Shown in pieces: positions 56,617-64,000 of a DNA stretch of 64,000 bases. Numbering within the stretch: the stretch's first letter is position 1; every line of letters begins with the position of its first letter. This DNA comes from Eledone cirrhosa (lineage: Eukaryota). The notes under the pieces were generated by a model. The model worked only from the letters and a program-made list of their open reading frames with translations, ran no database searches and was not told the origin of the DNA. A program made the translations under genes and the position numbers. The stretch lies in contig OZ024763.1 in NCBI GenBank assembly GCA_964016885.1, positions 2,232,001 through 2,296,000 on the forward strand, in the 5' to 3' direction.

Positions 56617-56806
56617 AAAATGTATGACCCCGACGGCAGAGCTCAAGCCGTTTCGATGACTATTTCTGAGTCCAGAAATAGCCATCGAAACAGCTTGAGC
56701 TCTGCCGTCGGGGTCATACATTTTCCTATTACCCACTATACTTCCCTAAGTATTGAGTACTCTGGTGCGTTATGGTCCATCTGGTTCCTTACCACAATTC
56801 CTTTGT

Positions 56807-56846
<40 letters not shown>

Positions 56847-56865
56847 ATTGAACTCACAACCTTTC

Positions 56866-57188
56866 GAGCATTGGTCTTGCAATCGAAAGGTTGTGAGTTC
56901 AATTCTCAGACCGGGTGATGTGTTGTTTCCTTGAGCAAGACACTTTATTTCACATTGCTCCAGTTTATTCAGCTGTAGAAATGAGATGATAGGGACTGGG
57001 GTCCATATCATTCCACTGCAAAGTGGTCGTGGAGGTGCCACTGCGAAAAAACACCCAGCACTCACTGTAAATGAGGTTGGTGTTAGGAAGGGCATCCAGC
57101 TGTAGAAATCAAGCCAGAATCAGTTCCCGTCCCACCCTTGCAAGCAGGGAAAAAGCGGGCGTAAAATGATGATGATGATGATGATGAT
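56866..57188 (+). mobile_element. SINE family 1 copy lacking its A box
   Basis: Matches 943-1300 from GAGCATTGG onward. Confidence 0.9.
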
Positions 57189-57452
57189 ATATATATATAC
57201 ATACAGCTGTTTTAAAAAACTATTGATTTTGGTATAAATTTTTTGATTTTTGGATTTTGTACTCTGCATATAACAGATATATAAAAGTACATTAGGTTCT
57301 TTTTTCCTAATCTTTATCATTTTTCATATATATATATACACATATATACTTATACTGAATCTCCATTGTACCTCCACACCCTGAATGATGTACAGAGCTT
57401 TCTCCTGCTTACTTCTGTTTTTCACCAAAACCACTTTTACAATATATATATA

Positions 57453-58135
57453 CATCATCATCATCATCATCGTTTAACGTCCATATTCCATGCTTGCATG
57501 GGTTTGGATGGGAGTTTTCCCACTTGAGGCAATATTGGTTGTCTTGCTCGCATAGGACTGTCTGGCGGGTTTTCTACGGCTGGATGCCCTTCCTAACACC
57601 AACCACGTTTACAGTGTGGGACTGGGAGGTTTTTACCGTGTTACCTACACGGTCACATTACAGCGTGGACTGTGTGTTTTTTTGTCGTGACACCTACACG
57701 ACCTCATTTGTTTCGGGCTGGATGTTGGGGTACCAACATAACTTTACATTGAAAGGGGTGGTGTGGATGGGGTGGGGGTAGTGGGACGGGGAGTGTATTT
57801 TGTTAGAGGTGCCTACTGACTGTAGTAGGTTTCACTTTGTACTTAGGTAAGGCGGGTCTTCTCTATTACTGTGTAGCGCCAAAGATCTCGGTCCAGTGAC
57901 ATTGTCTTGGAGAGGTGTAAGTGTGTGAGGTCGGAATTTATCAAGTCGTCCCAGGTTTTTCTGGGTCTGCCTACTCTGTGGCTACCGTCTATTTTTATTG
58001 CCCTGCACTTTTTTATACAGCTGTCGTCTTTCATGCGCATCACGTGACCATACCAACGTAGTTTTCTCTCGAGTAAACAACGTCTGATCCCTCTTATTTC
58101 TAATTTTTCCCTTAGTTCGTTTACGTATTACAATT
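57453..58135 (-). mobile_element. RTE LINE 3' portion
   Basis: LRWYGHVMRMKDDSCIKKC..GRPRKTWDD..DRDLWR, then 3' UTR and (GAT)n tail. Confidence 0.9.
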
Positions 58136-58700
58136 GTTTCGCCGGTGAACAGCTTGAGGTGCGACCTGTTTGTGGGTCGAACCTGACTCTGGATTTGCAA
58201 GTTCCTCAGATACGTCTAGTGGTTTCGTAGCAAATCCTCTTTCTGCTGGACTCCGACCCTTCGAATTTCTATCATCTGCCATCATCCTGTTTGCGCAGCC
58301 CGCCGATTGGTTGATAGTTCGAGACGTCATCTGTGTGTTTGACCACTCAAATCTACCCACTAACCATTTCCATTCAGGCGTGAGCTGTCACTCACCTTAA
58401 TCCCATCGCCAGGAATTGCTGCTATGTGTATGAGAGGTGTTATGGACTGTCTTTCCCTTCCCTGGCTTGCCCGTCGCCCTACACACATATATACCCACAC
58501 ACACACGTGTGTGCTCACACATATACAGACATTTTGAGTCATTGAGTGCACACTTATCTGTGCGGACAAACACACACACTCGGACTCTGAGTTCTGACTC
58601 TTTTCCTATTACCCACTCTACTACCCAAAGTATTGAGTACTCTGGTGTGTTATGGTCCACCTGGTTTCTTACCATACCTTCTTTGTTTTATATATATATA

Positions 58701-58812
58701 AGGCATGGTCAGCCGACCAGACACTGCCCACAACAGGACAACCCGTCTAACCCATGCTAGCGTGGAAGAACGGACGTAAAACGGTGATGATGATGATGAT
58801 GATGATGATGAT
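58701..58812 (+). mobile_element. RTE 3' end, 5'-truncated
   Basis: Apparently exact reverse complement of 43928-44023. Confidence 0.9.
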
Positions 58813-59023
58813 ATATACCAGACCCAGCCTCAGACAAACGGATGCAACAAAAAAAAAAAAAAAAAAAAAATTATCCGGGAAAGACTGCCCTAACACCGGC
58901 CAGAGTTACCTCCCTTGACCTGCTGCAAAATCAAAACAAGATATTTTTGCGAGCAATGAATCTTGATGTAGATTTAACCCCCAAAACTCTTTCCGAGCTA
59001 TATAAGGAACACTTGTGATTATT

Positions 59024-59068
59024 TATGCCCTTGAGAAGCCCAACTGGTCGAAACGTACGTAGGTGATA
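59024..59068 (+). ncRNA. Variant hammerhead motif (U3-A8 core), degenerate
   Basis: CC-TTGAGAA-GCCC(AACT)GGTC-GAA-ACGTACGT-A-GG. Confidence 0.45.
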
Positions 59069-59119
59069 TTTTAAATAAACATGTTTTAACGGTCTATTCT
59101 CCGATTTTTACTTTCCCAC

Positions 59120-59193
<74 letters not shown>

Positions 59194-59208
59194 GTGGGAA
59201 AGTAAAAA

Positions 59209-59551
59209 TGGAGGCACATGGCATAGTGGTTAGAGCATTGGCCTTGCAATCGAAAGGTTGTGAGTTCAATTCTCAGACTGGGTGATGTGTTGTTTCCTTG
59301 AGCAAGACACTTTATTTCACATTGCTCCAGTTTACTCAGCTGTAGAAATGAGATGATAGGGACTGGGGTCCCTATCATTCCACTGCAAAGTGGTCGTGTA
59401 GGTGCCATGGCAAAAAAGCACCCAGCACTCACTGTAAATGACGTTGGTGTTAGGAAGGGCATCCAGCTGTAGAAATCAAGCCAGAATCAGTTCCCGTCCC
59501 ACCCTTGCAAGCAGGGAAAAGTGGACGTAAAATGAAATGATGATGAAATGA

Positions 59552-59554
<3 letters not shown>
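59209..59554 (+). mobile_element. SINE family 1 copy
   Basis: Matches 943-1300. Confidence 0.9.
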
Positions 59555-59623
<69 letters not shown>

Positions 59624-60109
59624 TCTATGATCAACCAATTATAATTTCCTAACAAAAAATATTGGAGATTGGAAAAAAAAAAGAGCCAGACATTGAACCA
59701 TTTGTGGTGAGGCCATAGAATAATCCTTGGTTAATCTCTTTTCTTCTCCTGGTGTGGATTAACTGACTTAGTAATATATTGATCCCCCTTAAAGTCTCTA
59801 TTGTAAAACGTGATATGTTCATTGGTTAAATTGTATAGGACACAATAATGTTAGAATAATTGTCTAGAGTCTCTATACTGTGTCGCTGTCTGTCTGTATG
59901 TTGCTGTGTGTGTGTGTGTGTGTGTGTGTTATGTTTGTGTGTGTCTGTGTGTCACTGTGTGTGTATGTATGGTTAAATATCATATAAGACACAATGTTAC
60001 AATAATTGTCTGAGATTATCTAAAGTATGTATACCATACAATGTCTGTCTGTGTGTCACTGTGGCTGTGTTGTGTGATGTTTGTGTTCCTGTGTGTGTGT
60101 GTCTGTGAT

Positions 60110-62092
60110 CAGCCTATAGATTCTACATCTCTCTATATATGGAGTCACTCTTCTCCTAGACAGGTTGCCTTTGCTGCAGACTATAGACTCCATGTCTCTT
60201 CGGTACAGGTTATATATGGAGTCACTGCTCTCTCTAGACAGGTTGCCTTTGCTGCAGACTATAGACTCCATATCTCTTCTATATAGGTTATATATGGAGT
60301 CACTCTTCTAGACAGGTTGCCTTTGCTGCAGATTATAGACTCCATGTCTCTTCTATATAGGTTATATATGGAGTCACTCTTCTCCTAGACAGGTTGCCTT
60401 TGTCACAGACTATAGACTCCATGTCTCTTCTATATAGGTTATATATGGAGTCACTCTTCTCCTAGACAGGTTGCCTTTGCTGCAGACTATAGACTCCATG
60501 TCTCTTCTATATAGGTTATATATGGAGTCACTCTTCTCCTAGACAGGTTGCCTTTGCTACAGACTATAGACTCCATATCTCTTCGGTACAGGTTATATAT
60601 GGAGTCACTCTTCTCCTAGACAGGTTGCCTTTGCTGCAGACTATAGACTCCATGTCTCTTCTGTATAGGTTATATATGGAGTCACTGCTCTCTCTAGACA
60701 GGTTGCCTTTGCTGCAGACTATAGACTCCATATCTCTTCTGTATAGGTTATATATGGAGTCACTCTTCTCCTAGACAGGTTGCCTTTGCTGCAGACTATA
60801 GACTCCATATCTCTTCTGTATAGGTTATATATGGAGTCACTCTTCTCCTAGACAGGTTGCCTTTGCTACAGACTATAGACTCCATATCTCTTCTGTATAG
60901 GTTATATATGGAGTCACTCTTCTCCTAGACAGGTTGCCTTTGCTGCAGACTATAGACTCCATGTCTCTTCTGTATAGGTTATATATGGAGTCACTGCTCT
61001 CTCTAGACAGGTTGCCTTTGCTGCAGACTATAGACTCCATATCTCTTCTGTATAGGTTATATATGGAGTCACTCTTCTCCTAGACAGGTTGCCTTTGCTA
61101 CAGACTATAGACTCCATATCTCTTCTGTATAGGTTATATATGGAGTCACTCTTCTCCTAGACAGGTTGCCTTTGCTGCAGACTATAGACTCCATGTCTCT
61201 TCTGTATAGGTTATATATGGAGTCACTGCTCTCTCTAGACAGGTTGCCTTTGCTGCAGACTATAGACTCCATATCTCTTCTGTATAGGTTATATATGGAG
61301 TCACTCTTCTCCTAGACAGGTTGCCTTTGCTACAGACTATAGACTCCATATCTCTTCTGTATAGGTTATATATGGAGTCACTCTTCTCCTAGACAGGTTG
61401 CCTTTGCTGCAGACTATAGACTCCATGTCTCTTCTGTATAGGTTATATATGGAGTCACTGCTCTCTCTAGACAGGTTGCCTTTGCTGCAGACTATAGACT
61501 CCATATCTCTTCTGTATAGGTTATATATGGAGTCACTCTTCTCCTAGACAGGTTGCCTTTGCTGCAGACTATAGACTCCATGTCTCTTCTGTATAGGTTA
61601 TATATGGAGTCACTGCTCTCCGTAGACAGGTTGCCTTTGCTGCAGACTATAGACTCCATATCTCTTCGGTACAGGTTATATATGGAGTCACTCTTCTCCT
61701 AGACAGGTTGCCTTTGCTGCAGACTATAGACTCCATGTCTCTTCTATATAGGTTATATATGGAGTCACTGCTCTCTCTAGACAGGTTGCCTTTGCTGCAG
61801 ACTATAGACTCCATATCTCTTCTGTATAGGTTATATATGGAGTCACTCTTCTCCTAGACAGGTTGCCTTTGCTGCAGACTATAGACTCCATATCTCTTCT
61901 GTATAGGTTATATATGGAGTCACTGCTCTCCGTAGACAGGTTGCCTTTGCTGCAGACTATAGACTCTAAATCTCTGTGTAGGTTATATATGCAGTCACTC
62001 TTCTTCTAGACAGGTTGCCTTCTCTACAGCCTATGAACCCACTTCTCCGTGTAGGTCATATATGCAGTCAATCTTCTCCCAGATGGGTTGTC
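60110..62092. repeat. 77/78-bp minisatellite, about 25 copies
   Basis: Unit GGAGTCACTCTTCTCCTAGACAGGTTGCCTTTGCTGCAGACTATAGACTCCATGTCTCTTCTGTATAGGTTATATAT. Confidence 0.98.
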
Positions 62093-62803
62093 CTTTGTAC
62101 AAGTATTTATAATAACTACAAGTATCTGCTGCTTTAGGAGAAAAGAGAAATTGCGCCTTTAGTTGCAAGAAATCCTGTAATTCCATTAACACAGGTCTAA
62201 AGCAGCATCTGATCAGCTATACTGACGTCGAAATAAATCAATAAAAGAAAAACCAATCAAGAGTAAACCTTGCCACTTTAAACAACACACCTTTACCATT
62301 ATAAAGATCAATCAGATATAAAATAAATCCATGTGTATGTTTCTCTCTGCCACAACTCGGTTAATCTGCTGTAAAAGTCTCCGTTGCAAACATTTTAAAA
62401 ACATCTAAGATATGCAGCAATGATAGATGTCTAAGTAAATTGTCGGCGGGCCTTTTTTTCATATTGTTTAATGAACTGTAATGAATTTGAGGCAAATTCT
62501 TGTTTATTTCTCTTCTCTGGGCCCAGGAGAGGAAGATAAAATCAATTTTCTAATGCTCGCCTGTTCTTAAGAGAACCAATTAAGGATTTTATAAAGAATG
62601 ATGCAGTTATTGGCTGCAGTTGCACTTGGTAAATACAGAAACAGTGCAAATGTGTACGTGAACTTACACATACACACACACACACGTACATATACACCCA
62701 CACACATACACATACATACACTCATACACACACACACATATACATACACATACACACAAACACATACATACACACACACATGCACACACACACACATACA
62801 CAC

Positions 62804-63180
62804 ACGCGAGGGTCAGCTGAAAAGAGCATAGGCTGACTATGAAGCAATGATGTTAGAGCTGTGAAATCTTGCATGCATTTTCAACCTAACTTTGTATGTA
62901 TGTATGTATATATATATATATATGATCATCATTTTATGTTCGCTTTTCCCTGCTTGCAAGTATATATATAGATATATATATATACACACACACAAACACA
63001 CGGAAGTAGGCTGAAAAGTTTATAGGCTGACTATGAAGGAGTGATGCTAGAGCTGTGAAATCTTACATGCGTTAATTTCAACTCTTCTTATTAATAACTA
63101 CATTGTTTCTTTCCAGGATACTATGTTTAGAAATATACCTCATTTGGGCATTTCATGAGAGTATCTTGGTCAACTGACTC
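62804..63180 (+). mobile_element. Two direct copies of a probable mariner-type terminus
   Basis: CGAGGGTCAGCTGAAAAG..ATAGGCTGACTATGAAG at about 62807 and 63001; resembles mariner TACGAGGG termini; no partner inverted end seen. Confidence 0.45.
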
Positions 63181-63691
63181 TTGTGTTTATACACACATCA
63201 CACGCACACACACATATTTATATATATATATATATATTATTCAATTGGTGAAAGTTGGTTTATCATATAATCCGCCAACTTTTTTATGAACAGTCAAAGC
63301 ACTCTACAATTTGTATTCCTTAGGATTTTCTTATATATATATATATATATATATATATGAGTTTCAGAAAATCTCATAAAAAGCTGAAAGCAGAAATTCT
63401 TTGTTTAAACTTTAATCTGCACTAATAATAAATATTTACTCTACGGATTTATGTATATATATATATATATATATGGGTATATACATACTTTTATATGAGA
63501 AAATCTCTCCCAAGGTAACTCTATCTTGTGTTATTATTTTTATTTTTTACGCTCTTTCCTACGTTCCTCAACACACTATACATCTCATTCTACATTTCCT
63601 CTTACATCTCTCTCTGCACCACCGGATTCTGTTACCTGGAGATTTACCCATCTGCATTGTTGAGGCTTCCAAAACGACCTAAAGAAATATA

Positions 63692-63726
<35 letters not shown>

Positions 63727-64000
63727 GGAAAAGAATGAAATGAAATTTCATTTCTCACTCTTAGTACGGCTGATACTTAAATGCAAGTATGTATACGTAC
63801 ATACATATATGTATACAGACGTACAGTAGTATGTATATATATATATACATACATGCACACACATAACATTTATTATAATGTTCAGTTTGTTTGTAAGCAA
63901 ACAGCCCGAATTAAGCCGAACAGTGTCTAGCAACCATCATTGCCCTTTTGTTCAACACTGACAAAGGAACGATGAACTAGTTTCAAGCTTATTAGCTATC

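Overview
Eukaryotic, AT-rich, almost entirely repetitive 64-kb window with no recognisable host protein-coding exon. The (TA)n/(CA)n density and the RTE LINE and tRNA-SINE families suggest a cephalopod such as Octopus; this is inference only. Contents: at least 3 tRNA-derived SINE families, fragments of RTE- and CR1/L2-type LINEs (one RTE has about 320 open codons), a Penelope-like GIY-YIG endonuclease remnant, long microsatellites, and minisatellite arrays with 27, 45/46, 61, 77 and about 136 bp units. The main unannotated signal is about a dozen type I hammerhead ribozyme motifs (stem I, CUGANGA, stem II, GAA, short self-complementary stem III, NUH, stem I'). They sit in short dispersed elements inserted into (TA)n, sometimes as inverted pairs, consistent with Penelope-like pseudo-LTRs or non-autonomous derivatives. 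Two secondary themes are frequent fold-back palindromes next to (TA)n and repeated conversion of retroelement pieces into tandem arrays. Nearly all supplied ORFs are repeat artefacts. All pairings were read by eye; nothing was computed or searched.
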